64,000 bases of DNA from Gammaproteobacteria bacterium (GCA_021647245.1 JAKIVC010000002.1:64184-128183), one strand, 5' to 3'; shown: positions 28,341-39,241, numbered from the stretch's first letter. Program-made: numbers and translations. Notes: generated by a model from the sequence alone, not told the origin.

Positions 28341-28734
28341 GTTACCCGTTCGTCCGAAGCCCACAGGGGGAATGCGCCATGTGGCACTTTTTCTGGAAAA
28401 CTTCGAAGCGTGTGAACAGTTTTACACTGAGTTAATGGGCATGAAGCTGGAGTGGCGGCCCGATCCGGATAACCTCTACCTGACCAGTGGCAACGATAAC
28501 CTGGCGTTACACCGCGCAAAAAATGTCGATATGAGTGGCTTTCAGCGGCTGGATCACATCGGCTTTATTATTGAATCTCCCGAGCAGGTACAGGTGTGGT
28601 ATGACTATCTGCTGGCACACGATGTCAAGATGAAAACCACCCCGCGCCAGCATCGGGATGGTGCCCATAGCTTTTACTGCTTCGACCCTGACGGTAATAC
28701 TGTGCAGATCATATATCACCCGCCTATTTCATAG
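28333..28734 (+). CDS. VOC-family (glyoxalase/bleomycin-resistance fold) protein.
   Basis: MRHVALFLENFEACEQFY plus a beta-alpha-beta-beta-beta module. ATG at 28333 is preferred over the GTG at 28324. Confidence 0.6.
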   Translation: MSELPVRPKPTGGMRHVALFLENFEACEQFYTELMGMKLEWRPDPDNLYLTSGNDNLALHRAKNVDMSGFQRLDHIGFIIESPEQVQVWYDYLLAHDVKMKTTPRQHRDGAHSFYCFDPDGNTVQIIYHPPIS

Positions 28735-28837
28735 AATCAAAGGGCGGTCATAGCCGTAGGTCTGGGCAGTCTTGACCCTGTTTAGCGGCTCTTATTGTGT
28801 TGTTGGCATTTATGAGGATAGACGATTGGCCGAGTCA

Positions 28838-29635
28838 ATGAAGAAGTTGAAACTACATGGTTTTAACAACCTAACCAAAACCCTGAGCTTCAATATTTAT
28901 GATATCTGTTATGCCAAAACGTCGCAGGAACGCCGCGCTTACATTGAGTATATCGATGAAGAGTACAATGCTGAACGCTTGACTCATATTCTCACAGAGG
29001 TGACCCGTATCATTGGCGCTAATGTGCTGAACATTGCCCGCCAGGATTATGAACCGCAGGGTGCCAGCGTCACGCTGTTGGTCTCTGAGGAGTCAGACCT
29101 ATCGGACTTACAGAACAGCGAGGCCCCTGGCCCGCTGCCCAAGACGGTCGTTGCTCACTTGGATAAATCACACATTACCGTACACACCTACCCCGAGAGC
29201 CACCCTGATAATGGCATCTCAACCTTTCGAGCTGATATTGATGTCTCGACCTGTGGCCGCATCTCACCGCTGAAGGCGTTGAACTACCTGATTCACAGTT
29301 TTGACTCCGACATGGTGACTATGGATTATCGGGTGCGCGGCTTTACCCGTGATATTGATGGCCACAAACACTTTATCGATCACGGCATTAACTCCATCCA
29401 GAACTTCATTGCGGAAGATACCAAAGAGCTGTACGAAATGATTGATGTGAATGTCTATCAGGAAAATATTTTCCATACCAAGATGATGCTTAAAGAGATG
29501 CTGCTGCCCCGTTATCTGTTTGCTTCGGCGATAGAAGATTTCAGTAAGGAGGAGCTGACGATTATCCACCATAGCCTCAAGCGTGAAATGCTGGAGATCT
29601 TCTATGGTAGAAATATGAGTAACATGCCTGAATAA
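28838..29635 (+). CDS. speD: S-adenosylmethionine decarboxylase proenzyme.
   Basis: [28 protein letters not shown]...[15 protein letters not shown] is nearly identical to E. coli SpeD. The ORF-track start at 28772 is an over-extension. Confidence 0.92.
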   Translation: MKKLKLHGFNNLTKTLSFNIYDICYAKTSQERRAYIEYIDEEYNAERLTHILTEVTRIIGANVLNIARQDYEPQGASVTLLVSEESDLSDLQNSEAPGPLPKTVVAHLDKSHITVHTYPESHPDNGISTFRADIDVSTCGRISPLKALNYLIHSFDSDMVTMDYRVRGFTRDIDGHKHFIDHGINSIQNFIAEDTKELYEMIDVNVYQENIFHTKMMLKEMLLPRYLFASAIEDFSKEELTIIHHSLKREMLEIFYGRNMSNMPE

Positions 29636-29754
29636 ACCTTGTTATCCCCCCCCGCTTTCCGCGCTGACTCCTTGCCATGCGGCGGTCAGCAGCCTCCTCT
29701 AATTTCATGTAGAATACCCGACCTGCGTATATCTTAAAGACTCAAGGTGAATAA

Positions 29755-32319
29755 ATGATCGAAGCATATAATCAACACGTTGCTGAACGTGAAGCAGATG
29801 GCTTGCCCCCCTTGGCACTGAATGCGGAGCAAACAGCCGCACTCGTGGAATTGATTAAACAACCACCCGTGGGCAAAGAAGCATTTTTGGTGGAACTGCT
29901 GGTAGAGCGTGTGCCTGCCGGTGTAGATGATGCTGCTTACGTCAAAGCGGCCTTCCTTGCAGCCATTACAACGGGCGATGCCGTTTCACCGTTAATTGAT
30001 GCCGCCCGTGCCACTGAGTTGTTAGGCACTATGCTGGGTGGTTACAACATCGAGGCATTAATTGCAGCACTGGATAAGGATGCGATTGCACCGATTGCGG
30101 TCACCGCACTCTCAAAAACACTGCTGATGTTTGATGCTTTTAACGATGTGATCGCCAAGGCCAAGGCGGGTAACGGTTATGCCAAGCAGGTCGCGGATTC
30201 CTGGGCCAATGCTGAGTGGTTCACCAACAAACCTGAGATGCCAAAAGAGATTCAAGTCACCGTCTTCAAAGTGCCTGGTGAAACCAATACAGATGACCTC
30301 TCCCCCGCCTCAGAAGCGTGGAGTCGCCCGGATATTCCGCTCCATGCCAAGACCATGCTGGTGGCCAAAATGCCCGATGCAATGGAGAAGATTGCCGAAC
30401 TGAAAGCCAAGGGTAATCCACTCGCCTATGTGGGCGATGTGGTTGGAACCGGCTCTTCCCGTAAATCAGCCATCAACTCGGTGCTGTGGCATATGGGAAA
30501 TAATATCCCCTTCGTACCTAACAAGCGCCAGGGTGGAGTGATACTGGGTGGCAAGATAGCCCCCATTTTCTTTAATACGGCAGAAGACTCGGGCGCATTG
30601 CCGATTGAATGCGATGTCGCACAATTGAATATGGGTGATGTGATTACCATCAAACCCTATCAGGGCGTGATTGAAAATGAAGCAGGAGAGGTGATCTCCC
30701 GCTTTGATCTTAAGCCAGCCACGATGGCTGATGAAGTGCGAGCAGGGGGTCGTATCCCGCTGATTATTGGTCGATCGCTAACCGATAAAACCCGAGAAGC
30801 ACTGGACTTGTCGGCATCGACACTCTTCACCCGGCCAACACCCGCCGCAGAGACAGGGAAAGGTTATACTCTGGCGCAGAAGATAGTCGGCAAGGCGTGT
30901 AGTGTTGAGGGTATCCGCCCGGGCACCTATTGTGAGCCGCGTATAACAACGGTTGGCTCACAGGATACCACCGGCGCGATGACCCGAGATGAGCTGAAAG
31001 AGCTGGCATGTCTCGGTTTCTCTGCTGACTTGGTGATGCAATCGTTTTGCCACACAGCCGCCTACCCCAAGCCGGTTGATATTAGCCTGCAACACACCCT
31101 CCCCAGCTTCTTCAACAACCGTGGTGGTGTTGCGCTACGACCTGGGGATGGGGTGATCCACTCCTGGTTAAATCGGATGTTGTTACCCGACACGGTGGGG
31201 ACCGGGGGTGATTCCCACACCCGCTTTCCAATGGGTATCAGCTTTCCTGCAGGCTCTGGATTGGTGGCCTTTGCCGCTGCATTGGGCGTTATGCCGCTGG
31301 ATATGCCCGAGTCGGTTCTGGTGCGTTTTAAGGGCAAGATGCAACCAGGCATTACCCTGCGTGACCTGGTCAACGCGATTCCATTGGCAGCGATTCAGCA
31401 AGGTTTGCTGACGGTAGAGAAAACGGGCAAGAAAAATATTTTCTCGGGTCGCATTCTGGAGATTGAGGGTTTGGAGCAGATGAAGGTTGAACAAGCCTTT
31501 GAGCTATCCGATGCATCAGCCGAACGCTCTGCGGCCGGTTGTACAGTTAAACTGGATCAAGCACCGATCATCGAATACCTTAAATCCAACATCACACTGT
31601 TAAAGTGGATGATCGCCAATGACTATGCGGATGCCAAAACCCTCAGCCGCCGTGTTGAATCAATGGAGCAGTGGCTGGAAAACCCGGTATTGCTGGAGGG
31701 GGATGGTGATGCTGAATATGCAGAAATTATCGAGATTGATTTGGCCGAGATAAAAGAGCCGATTCTCTGCTGTCCCAATGATCCTGATGACGTTAAGTTG
31801 CTCTCAGAAGTGGCGGGCGAGAAAATTGATGAGGTCTTCATCGGTTCGTGTATGACTAATATTGGCCATTTCCGCGCAGCGGGTAAAGTGCTTGAAGCCT
31901 TTGGTGGCGCAGTTCCCACCCGCCTGTGGATCGCACCACCCACTAAAATGGACGAGCATCAACTAACGGAAGAGGGCTACTACAGCATCTACGGCAAAGC
32001 GGGAGCCCGCACTGAAATGCCTGGCTGCTCACTCTGCATGGGTAATCAGGCCCGCGTAGCAGACAGCGCAGTGGTGATGTCCACCTCAACCCGAAACTTT
32101 CCAAATCGCTTGGGTAAGGATGCCATGGTCTACCTGGGGTCGGCTGAGCTGGCGGCGGTTTGTGCGCAGATGGGCAAGATCCCCACGGTTGCTGAGTATC
32201 ATGAAGCGGTCAAAACTATAGAGCCACTGGCGGCTGATACCTATCGCTACCTCAATTTTCATGAAATTGAAGAGTACAAAAAGGTGGCCGATAAGGTGAT
32301 TCCAATTACCGCTGGGTAA
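29755..32319 (+). CDS. acnB: Aconitate hydratase B.
   Basis: 854 aa. N-terminal [38 protein letters not shown] matches the AcnB HEAT-like domain, followed by the aconitase domains. Confidence 0.92.
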   Translation: MIEAYNQHVAEREADGLPPLALNAEQTAALVELIKQPPVGKEAFLVELLVERVPAGVDDAAYVKAAFLAAITTGDAVSPLIDAARATELLGTMLGGYNIEALIAALDKDAIAPIAVTALSKTLLMFDAFNDVIAKAKAGNGYAKQVADSWANAEWFTNKPEMPKEIQVTVFKVPGETNTDDLSPASEAWSRPDIPLHAKTMLVAKMPDAMEKIAELKAKGNPLAYVGDVVGTGSSRKSAINSVLWHMGNNIPFVPNKRQGGVILGGKIAPIFFNTAEDSGALPIECDVAQLNMGDVITIKPYQGVIENEAGEVISRFDLKPATMADEVRAGGRIPLIIGRSLTDKTREALDLSASTLFTRPTPAAETGKGYTLAQKIVGKACSVEGIRPGTYCEPRITTVGSQDTTGAMTRDELKELACLGFSADLVMQSFCHTAAYPKPVDISLQHTLPSFFNNRGGVALRPGDGVIHSWLNRMLLPDTVGTGGDSHTRFPMGISFPAGSGLVAFAAALGVMPLDMPESVLVRFKGKMQPGITLRDLVNAIPLAAIQQGLLTVEKTGKKNIFSGRILEIEGLEQMKVEQAFELSDASAERSAAGCTVKLDQAPIIEYLKSNITLLKWMIANDYADAKTLSRRVESMEQWLENPVLLEGDGDAEYAEIIEIDLAEIKEPILCCPNDPDDVKLLSEVAGEKIDEVFIGSCMTNIGHFRAAGKVLEAFGGAVPTRLWIAPPTKMDEHQLTEEGYYSIYGKAGARTEMPGCSLCMGNQARVADSAVVMSTSTRNFPNRLGKDAMVYLGSAELAAVCAQMGKIPTVAEYHEAVKTIEPLAADTYRYLNFHEIEEYKKVADKVIPITAG

Positions 32320-32374
32320 TTGTCAGCACACCAATGTTGATAGCGGATCGATTATTGCAAAAGAAACACCTCTT

Positions 32375-33598
32375 ATGACGGTATGGGGAAATATGATGAG
32401 CTTTTTTGCTAAAAAAATGAAGTGGGGTGTTTGTGTCATTAGCGGCGCTACCCTAATGGTTGCAGGCTCGGCAGCATCGGCATCTGGAATCACTGAAGCG
32501 ATTAAAGGGGGTGAGGTCAGCGGTGATTTTCGTCTGCGAATGGAGACGGTGACTCAAGATAACGCCCTAAATGATGCAAATGCACTCACATTGCGCAGTC
32601 GGCTGGGTTATCGAACAGCGGACTACAAGGGATTGACTGGTTTTATGGAGTTTGAAAATGTTACCGCGCTGAATGATGATTATGAGCCGATGCCCAGTAA
32701 CCCGGCCAAAACAGAGTCAGTGGTGGCTGATCCGGAAGGCACCGAGGTTAATCAGCTCTATTTGAAGTATGTTTCGGGTGGTCACGCGATTACCGCAGGT
32801 CGCCAGCGGGTTATTCTGGATAATGCCCGTTTTGTGGGCAACGTTGGGTGGCGCCAAAATGAGCAGACATTTAATGCCATTGTCTTTACGGTAGATTCCG
32901 TTGCGGATACCTCACTTGTTTATGCTTACGTGGACGGGGTTAATACAATCCTCGGGGGTGAGTACGATACTTCCGCGTATATCTTTAACGCATCATATAC
33001 TGGCTTTAGTGCCGGAAAAATAACCGGTTACTCCTATGTTATTGAGCAGGATGATGTGCCTTCGGCCTCAAATTCAATCCTGGGTTTACGGTTTTCCGGG
33101 GCGACAGATGTAGCAGAAGCCAAGGTAAAATATACGCTTGAGTATGCGAAGCAGTCGGATTATGCCGAGGGCACTAATATTGATGCCCAATACCTGTTGG
33201 CTGAATTAGGCGCAGAATTCAGTGGTGTGGGTATCAAGCTGGGCTACGAAGTGTTGGGGGATGGTAAGGGTGCAAATGACGCTTCATTCAGCACGCCCTT
33301 AGCCACGAAACACGCCTTTAATGGCTGGGCAGATGCCTTTTTAACCACGCCTACCGATGGCCTGCAGGATATTTATCTCTCCGTTACCACCCAAATTGAA
33401 GGGGTAAAGCTGTTAGCCGTCTACCACGACTACTCCGCAGATACCGGCAGTGCCGACCATGGCTCGGAGATCAACCTGCTTGCCGCTAAAAAGTTTGCAG
33501 GCCACTACACTGCGCTACTAAAGTATGCAGATTACTCTGCGGGTGATAGTGGTACGGATACCAGAAAGCTGTGGTTGATGGGGCAGATGAAATTTTAG
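32375..33598 (+). CDS. Outer-membrane beta-barrel porin-like protein (alginate-export/OprD-like).
   Basis: Signal peptide, beta-strand periodicity, C-terminal ...WLMGQMKF ending in Phe. Confidence 0.5.
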   Translation: MTVWGNMMSFFAKKMKWGVCVISGATLMVAGSAASASGITEAIKGGEVSGDFRLRMETVTQDNALNDANALTLRSRLGYRTADYKGLTGFMEFENVTALNDDYEPMPSNPAKTESVVADPEGTEVNQLYLKYVSGGHAITAGRQRVILDNARFVGNVGWRQNEQTFNAIVFTVDSVADTSLVYAYVDGVNTILGGEYDTSAYIFNASYTGFSAGKITGYSYVIEQDDVPSASNSILGLRFSGATDVAEAKVKYTLEYAKQSDYAEGTNIDAQYLLAELGAEFSGVGIKLGYEVLGDGKGANDASFSTPLATKHAFNGWADAFLTTPTDGLQDIYLSVTTQIEGVKLLAVYHDYSADTGSADHGSEINLLAAKKFAGHYTALLKYADYSAGDSGTDTRKLWLMGQMKF

Positions 33599-33739
33599 GA
33601 GGAGGTCGGACTTAGGGTGAATCTACTGCGGAAAAGCCATTCTGGCCCATTTCTCTGATCCTTTTCGTTGAATATGCCCAATATTCGCCTCAAACGACCA
33701 AAAAAATGGACTCAAAATGGCTTTCCCTCGCTACGATTA

Positions 33740-33762
33740 CCTAAGCCCGACAGCCTCCTAGC
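33740..33762 (+). repeat. 22-bp intergenic repeat CCTAAGCCCGACAGCCTCCTAGC, copy 2.
   Basis: See 20569-20592. Confidence 0.5.
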
Positions 33763-33875
33763 CGAGTTTTACCACGGACAAAAAACAGCAAAAATTGTCG
33801 ACCCCTTCTCTTTTCTGATAAAAGCGCATTGCGAGGCCTATGGGGGCAAGGTAAGTTAATTATCTTGCTCCTGAG

Positions 33876-34967
33876 GTGAATGAGATGTTCCGATATTTAG
33901 TAGTGGCTGCGCTGTTTCCTATGTTGTCCGGCTGTGGTGGAGATACCCCGGCATCATCCAGTGAACCAGAGCGTGTTGAAAAAATAGTCGCTCGAGAGAG
34001 TAACCGTAGCTGCCTTGCTCCGGCGGATGCTATCGATACCGCGACCCGGCTCTCCACCACAGGCTGTTTTACAGATGTTAGCAACCAGATAATGGCGGGT
34101 GGGGTGATCCCCTACACCGTCAATAGCGTGTTGTGGTCCGATGGTGAGAGCAAAGGGCGTTATTTTGCAGTGCCGGATGGCACGACCATCAGCTTAACGG
34201 TGGACGAATCTTCAATTGTTGCCAGTAATGGCACTAAAAATGGTGATTTCAACTTTCCGGTAGGCGCGGTGGTGATCAAACACTTCTATAGTGGCAGCCG
34301 TATCGTTGAGACCCGCTTGCTGATGAACCATGCCAATGATGGTTGGGGTGGCTACGCCTATCAGTGGGATGAGTCACAGAGTGACGGTACCCTGCTGGTT
34401 GGCTCAAATAGCATCACCACACCGGTCAGCCACTATTTCCCGAGCCGCGAAGAGTGTATGGAGTGCCATACGGATGCCGCTCGGGTGTTATTAGGGCCGG
34501 ATACTCTACAACTCAATTACCCCCTTTACTATACGGATGGCACAGAAGAGAACTATCTCGATGCTTTGGTTCGATTAAATTACCTCTCGGCACCGTTGCT
34601 GGCGGATTATAAGGTGGATCGGCTCTATGCAATTGACGATAGCGACGCACCATTAGAGCAGCGAGCCAGAAGCTATTTGCACAGTAACTGCTCGGGCTGT
34701 CACCGCACTGGCGCACCGCAAGGTGGCTTTGATCTTCGTTACACCTCATCGTTTGTAAACAATGTTTGTGGTATCGCTGCAGCAGAGCCGACCAGCCCCA
34801 CCGGAGGGTTGCTGATCGACCCCGGCAATGCTGATAACGCCACTATTCAGCAGCGACTCGCCTCTATGGGGAGCATTCAAATGCCACCTATCGGGCGAGA
34901 GCAAACCGACCCCGAAGCGGTTCAAGTGATGGCTGATTGGATCAATAGCCTGCAGGGCTGTGATTAA
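33876..34967 (+). CDS. Putative dihaem c-type cytochrome lipoprotein.
   Basis: Lipobox MLSGC. Two CxxCH motifs (CMECH and CSGCH), the second followed by GAPQGGFDLRY and MPPIG. Confidence 0.5.
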   Translation: MNEMFRYLVVAALFPMLSGCGGDTPASSSEPERVEKIVARESNRSCLAPADAIDTATRLSTTGCFTDVSNQIMAGGVIPYTVNSVLWSDGESKGRYFAVPDGTTISLTVDESSIVASNGTKNGDFNFPVGAVVIKHFYSGSRIVETRLLMNHANDGWGGYAYQWDESQSDGTLLVGSNSITTPVSHYFPSREECMECHTDAARVLLGPDTLQLNYPLYYTDGTEENYLDALVRLNYLSAPLLADYKVDRLYAIDDSDAPLEQRARSYLHSNCSGCHRTGAPQGGFDLRYTSSFVNNVCGIAAAEPTSPTGGLLIDPGNADNATIQQRLASMGSIQMPPIGREQTDPEAVQVMADWINSLQGCD

Positions 34968-37612
34968 CCCAGCAACTTTTTTAACTCCGGCACACATGAG
35001 CCACAATTTGTGCCGGCATTCAGATAGCTACCAATCTCTTCCACACTTTTCAAGCCATGTTTTTGGATCGCCTCTCGAATACTGTTTTCACCTACCTTGA
35101 AACAGGCGCAGACCACACGCCCGGTATCAACCTGGCCGACCGGTGGCTTTCCAGTGAGCAGTGCACGGCGCTCATCATTATCCAGCACCTCTTTTTCAAA
35201 AAGTGAGGCGAGCCAACTGCGGGGTGGCAGCGCTTTGTCCGGGGCGATGAAAATACAGCTCTCCACTTGATCTCCTGTCATACGAATACCTCGATAGGTG
35301 TTTGCGCCGTTATCCAGCAGTTCGACCCAGTTGACATCATTATTTGAGGTGCAAAGATAACTTCTCGCCCATGCGGGGAGATCTTTGGAGCGTTGCTCAC
35401 CCGCCACTTCGTATCGATAGTGGTTATTGCCGGTTGCCCTTGCCCAGTAACAGACCCCTTCCAGTTTTAATGCGCGGCGCGAAAGGATAAAGCCGTGCCA
35501 TGCGGTTTGGTAAGGCTTAAGCTGCACCGGCGTATGTTTAAACTCAGGTTGGCCCGAAAGCGGGTCTACCGCAGGATTGACCACTGCGGAGGCTTTTCCC
35601 CTGCTGGAAAACTGCTCGCTCCAGTGCATCGGCGCAAACAATTCACCACGGCGCTGGCCGTTGTCCAAGCGTACTCGCCCGATCATCTCACCCCAGCGGC
35701 TGGTCACCGTGGCTAACGCATCCTCATTGATAGAGAGCGCCACGGCATCATCAGGATGAATGGCGATGTAGGGTTCGGGGCTATGCTCAGATAGCCGTGG
35801 CGCCTTTCCAGTGCGGGTCATGGTGTGCCACTGGTCGCGTACCCGCCCAGTATTCAGAATAAAGGGAAAGCTGTCACAGGGCATGTGTGCGGGTAGCCGT
35901 GGCTCAATGGCTTGAAACTGTGCCTTGCCTGATGGCGTGAAAAAATGGCCATCACTAAACATGCGAGCACTCCCCGCAGGCTGCTGTTGATTCACTGGCC
36001 ACTGGATGGGTGATAGCTGGTGGTAACTCTGTTGAGTTTGACTGCTCAGTGCCGAAAGGTCGAAGTCACGCTCTCCGTTGTTTCTATATCCGGAAAGAGC
36101 CGCGTGTTCGTTAAATATTTCGTAAGGGTGTTGATAATTAAAACCATCGCTATACCCCATACGCTTGGCCACCTCAGAGATTATCCACCAATCGGGTTTT
36201 GCTTCACCGGCAGCCGCCTGAAAAGCTCTCTGGCGTGAGATACGTCGTTCAGAATTGGTAACGGTGCCGCTCTTCTCCCCCCAGCCTTGGGCCGGTAATA
36301 AAATATTGGCACGGAGGGTGGTGTCGGTCTGCTTAACGCAATCGGAGACCACTACAAACTCGCACTGTTTGATCGCTTCTGCAACGTGGTCTGCATTGGG
36401 CATGCTGGCTGCGGGGTTGGTGGCCATGATCCATACAGCCTTGATCTTTCCCTTGGCAATATCATCAAACATATCTACCGCCTTGCGGCCGCTTTGTTTA
36501 GGAATGGCGGGTGAGCCCCAGAAGCTTTGTACTAAAGTACGGTGCGCGGGGTTTTTTATCTCCATATGAGCGGCCAACATATTGGCCAACCCGCCTACTT
36601 CGCGCCCTCCCATGGCGTTTGGTTGGCCAGTAAAAGAGAAGGGGCCCATGCCGGGGCGACCGATACGCCCGGTGGCCAGATGGCAGTTGATAATGGCATT
36701 GACCTTATCCGAACCACTGGTTGATTGATTAATGCCCTGAGAGTAGACAGTGACCACCCGCTCTGTGCGGGAGAAGAGTCGATAAAACGCTTGAACCACA
36801 GACACTTCGAGGCCACAGCGTAGTGCCACGGAGTCGACGCTAGGCGCGGTTTTTTCTGCCATGCGGAGTGCGGTCTCAAACCCCTCGGTATAAGCATTCA
36901 AATAACTGTGGTTTATTTCACCATCCCGCTGCAGATAACTTAGCAAGCCATTAAACAGTACGGTATCGGTACCAGAACGCAGGGGCAGGTGGAGGTCGGC
37001 AATGTCACAGCTGGGGGTCTCTCTGGGGTCGATTACTACCACCATCAGATCGGGGTTGACCCGCTTTGCCTGGTTGATTCGCTGAAACAGTACCGGATGA
37101 CACCAGGCTGCATTGGTGCCGGCCAGTACAATCAGCTTTGCTCGTTCCAGATCTTCATAACAGCAGGGCACGGTGTCTGACCCAAAAGCGCGTTTATGGC
37201 CTGTGACAGAAGAGGACATGCAGAGCCGCGAGTTGGTATCAATATTGGCTGTGCCGATATAACCTTTGATCAGCTTATTGGCGACATAGTAATCTTCAGT
37301 CAAGAGTTGCCCCGACACATAAAAAGCGACCGCGTCAGGGCCGTGCTGCTCAACGGTTGCTAAAAACCTCTCCGCGACCTCCCCAAGCGCCTGATCCCAG
37401 CTGGCGGGTATTCCCTCAATTTCGGGCTGGAGCAGCCGCCCCTCCAGTCCCAAGGTTTCGCCCAACGCCGACCCTTTGGAGCAGAGCTTGCCAAAATTAG
37501 CGGGGTGCAGCGGGTCACCTTGGACTGTGTAGCCGCCATCAGCATTCGCTGCTACCAGCACTCCGCAGCCAACACCACAATAGGGGCAGGTTGTTTTTGT
37601 CATCTTGGACAT
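34964..37612 (-). CDS. nasA: Assimilatory nitrate reductase catalytic subunit (molybdopterin oxidoreductase with a C-terminal BFD-like 2Fe-2S domain).
   Basis: N-terminal 4Fe-4S Cys motif TTCPYCGVGCGV. Mo-bisMGD domains. C-terminal CACFKV...CGSC. Confidence 0.85.
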   Translation of the reverse strand: MSKMTKTTCPYCGVGCGVLVAANADGGYTVQGDPLHPANFGKLCSKGSALGETLGLEGRLLQPEIEGIPASWDQALGEVAERFLATVEQHGPDAVAFYVSGQLLTEDYYVANKLIKGYIGTANIDTNSRLCMSSSVTGHKRAFGSDTVPCCYEDLERAKLIVLAGTNAAWCHPVLFQRINQAKRVNPDLMVVVIDPRETPSCDIADLHLPLRSGTDTVLFNGLLSYLQRDGEINHSYLNAYTEGFETALRMAEKTAPSVDSVALRCGLEVSVVQAFYRLFSRTERVVTVYSQGINQSTSGSDKVNAIINCHLATGRIGRPGMGPFSFTGQPNAMGGREVGGLANMLAAHMEIKNPAHRTLVQSFWGSPAIPKQSGRKAVDMFDDIAKGKIKAVWIMATNPAASMPNADHVAEAIKQCEFVVVSDCVKQTDTTLRANILLPAQGWGEKSGTVTNSERRISRQRAFQAAAGEAKPDWWIISEVAKRMGYSDGFNYQHPYEIFNEHAALSGYRNNGERDFDLSALSSQTQQSYHQLSPIQWPVNQQQPAGSARMFSDGHFFTPSGKAQFQAIEPRLPAHMPCDSFPFILNTGRVRDQWHTMTRTGKAPRLSEHSPEPYIAIHPDDAVALSINEDALATVTSRWGEMIGRVRLDNGQRRGELFAPMHWSEQFSSRGKASAVVNPAVDPLSGQPEFKHTPVQLKPYQTAWHGFILSRRALKLEGVCYWARATGNNHYRYEVAGEQRSKDLPAWARSYLCTSNNDVNWVELLDNGANTYRGIRMTGDQVESCIFIAPDKALPPRSWLASLFEKEVLDNDERRALLTGKPPVGQVDTGRVVCACFKVGENSIREAIQKHGLKSVEEIGSYLNAGTNCGSCVPELKKLLG

Positions 37613-37956
37613 TATTATTGCCTTTTACATACAGATAAACATTGTTGAGCAAATTTTGCGCCATATTCACATTGTGGTGGTCAAGGGGGTAAATGACGAC
37701 ACAGCGTATCTGGTTTGTGGCTTGGCCACTTTTTCCACACCCTTTTGGTGCGACATTGCCACCATATGCCTATATTAGGTGCGGCTAATACTCTGTTTTC
37801 AGGAGAAAATTAGCCCCTCAAAATAAAATAATATGCCCTTGAGGTAATTGATATAGGGGTTGCAGGCTATAGAAGAGTCTGCTTATACTGCGATAGTGCG
37901 CTTTTAACTGTGGTGAGTACTTGGCTCCTACCCTATCTTCATGTAGGAGTGTAAAG

Positions 37957-37972
37957 CACTGTGGAATCAATC
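37957..37972 (-). repeat. Dispersed motif copy (reverse complement GATTGATTCCACAGTG) in the nasA/glbN intergenic region.
   Basis: Exact 14-mer TTGATTCCACAGTG. Confidence 0.5.
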
Positions 37973-38060
37973 TCTTGCACAGTATACGCACTTCTATTTG
38001 AGGGTTAGGGTTTTAGTCAAAAGCAAGTGAAGCAGTTTGCCGTATACCGTTGTAACTTGA

Positions 38061-38080
38061 TAACGATCTGATAATCGTTA
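38061..38080. promoter_or_regulatory. Perfect 7-6-7 inverted repeat TAACGAT-ctgata-ATCGTTA about 85 bp upstream of glbN.
   Basis: Read directly from the sequence. It lies in the 550-bp nasA/glbN divergent intergenic region. Confidence 0.4.
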
Positions 38081-38162
38081 ATAAAGTGTTATTTTTTTAG
38101 TGTATTTATGTTTAACTGCACAAGGTAAGAGACAAAACTATTTTCTTTATAGGAGAGAACAC

Positions 38163-38519
38163 GTGAGTTCATTATTTGATCGTTTGGGTGGTAATGCGGC
38201 TGTAGATGCAGCGGTAGATATTTTTTACGCTAAGGTATTGGCAGATGATCGTATCAACCAGTTTTTTACAACGGTTGATATGGAGACACAAGCGGCCAAG
38301 CAAAAAGCCTTTTTAACCATGGCTTTTGGTGGTCCGAATAGCTATACCGGGCTGGATATGCGTGAAGGGCATAAACATATGAACCTGAACGAAGGTCATT
38401 TTACTGCGGTGGTTGAAAATCTGGCCGCTACACTGAAAGAACTGGGTGTTTCTGATGCCGATATTGCCGAAGTTGCTGAAGTTGCCAATAGCGTAAAGGA
38501 TGATGTGCTAAACCGTTAA
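38163..38519 (+). CDS. glbN: Truncated haemoglobin, group I (trHbN-like).
   Basis: GTG start preceded by AGGAGA. VSSLFDRLGG...DIFYAKV (B10 Tyr)...REGHKHMNL (proximal His). The ORF-track start at 38100 is an over-extension. Confidence 0.8.
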   Translation: MSSLFDRLGGNAAVDAAVDIFYAKVLADDRINQFFTTVDMETQAAKQKAFLTMAFGGPNSYTGLDMREGHKHMNLNEGHFTAVVENLAATLKELGVSDADIAEVAEVANSVKDDVLNR

Positions 38520-38682
38520 GAACAGCTGCTACGGATAATAGCGCCTCAACACATGCTGTGTTGAGGCGTTTTTTATTGCAAAATATTACTCGTTTCTATA
38601 TTTATTAAAATGGGTTTGATTGAGGCCTCTTTACGAGATCTCTTTAAGATAAAAATACCTTTTACTGCCAAGGTGGGCGTAA

Positions 38683-39231
38683 GTGTCAAAATTACTCAAA
38701 ATATTTGAGAAGCTCGCGGGCGAGCGGCGGGGCCGAGTGCGTCACGTTGAGATTCTGATCGCAACGGTGGCGGCGTTAACTGCACTTTTGATGGTGGGGT
38801 GGATTAGTCGCTCGGTTGCGGGTGATCAGGCTGGCCTCTATTTAATGGCCTCAATGGGCGCATCAGCGGTATTGATTTTTGCTGTGCCTGCTACTCAAAT
38901 GGCAAGGCCGTGGGCCTTCTGTTGCGGGCACTTTGTCTCTGCCTTTGTGGGTGTGAGTTGTAGTTTGTTGATAGGGGATCTGGTTTTAGCGGCGGCACTC
39001 GCGGTCTCGATCTCTATCTTTTTGATGAGCTACCTGCGTTGCCTGCATCCGCCGGGTGGCGCTGCGGCAATGATTCCTATTGTTAGTGGCGAGTCAGTTA
39101 CTGCAATGGGCTACAGTTTTCTACTTATCCCTGTTGGCATTAATGTATTGGTGATGCTGCTGTTTTCACTGGCTTACTTTCGCTGGATGGCACAGCGGGA
39201 GAAGCGGTTTATGGCGCAGCGATCCAAGTAG
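38683..39231 (+). CDS. HPP-family membrane protein (the family includes plastid and cyanobacterial nitrite transporters).
   Basis: 4 to 5 TM segments. Signature CLHPPGGAAAMIPIV. Confidence 0.7.
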   Translation: MSKLLKIFEKLAGERRGRVRHVEILIATVAALTALLMVGWISRSVAGDQAGLYLMASMGASAVLIFAVPATQMARPWAFCCGHFVSAFVGVSCSLLIGDLVLAAALAVSISIFLMSYLRCLHPPGGAAAMIPIVSGESVTAMGYSFLLIPVGINVLVMLLFSLAYFRWMAQREKRFMAQRSK

Positions 39232-39241
39232 CGGCTCTTAG

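Noticed and set aside
33668-33859. 63-aa ORF in the porin/cytochrome intergenic region.
   Set aside because: It overlaps the 22-bp dispersed repeat, has no convincing RBS, and has a basic low-complexity product. It is more likely non-coding.
37745-37770. TGGTGCgacattGCCACCA resembling NtrC half-sites upstream of nasA.
   Set aside because: The half-site orientation and spacing do not match the TGCACCA-N3-TGGTGCA consensus, and I found no sigma-54 GG-N10-GC promoter nearby.
38056-38072. FNR/Dnr-like box TTGATaacgATCtg upstream of glbN.
   Set aside because: Only one half-site (TTGAT) matches, and the second half (ATCTG versus ATCAA) is poor. It overlaps the better-defined 7-6-7 palindrome, which I report instead.
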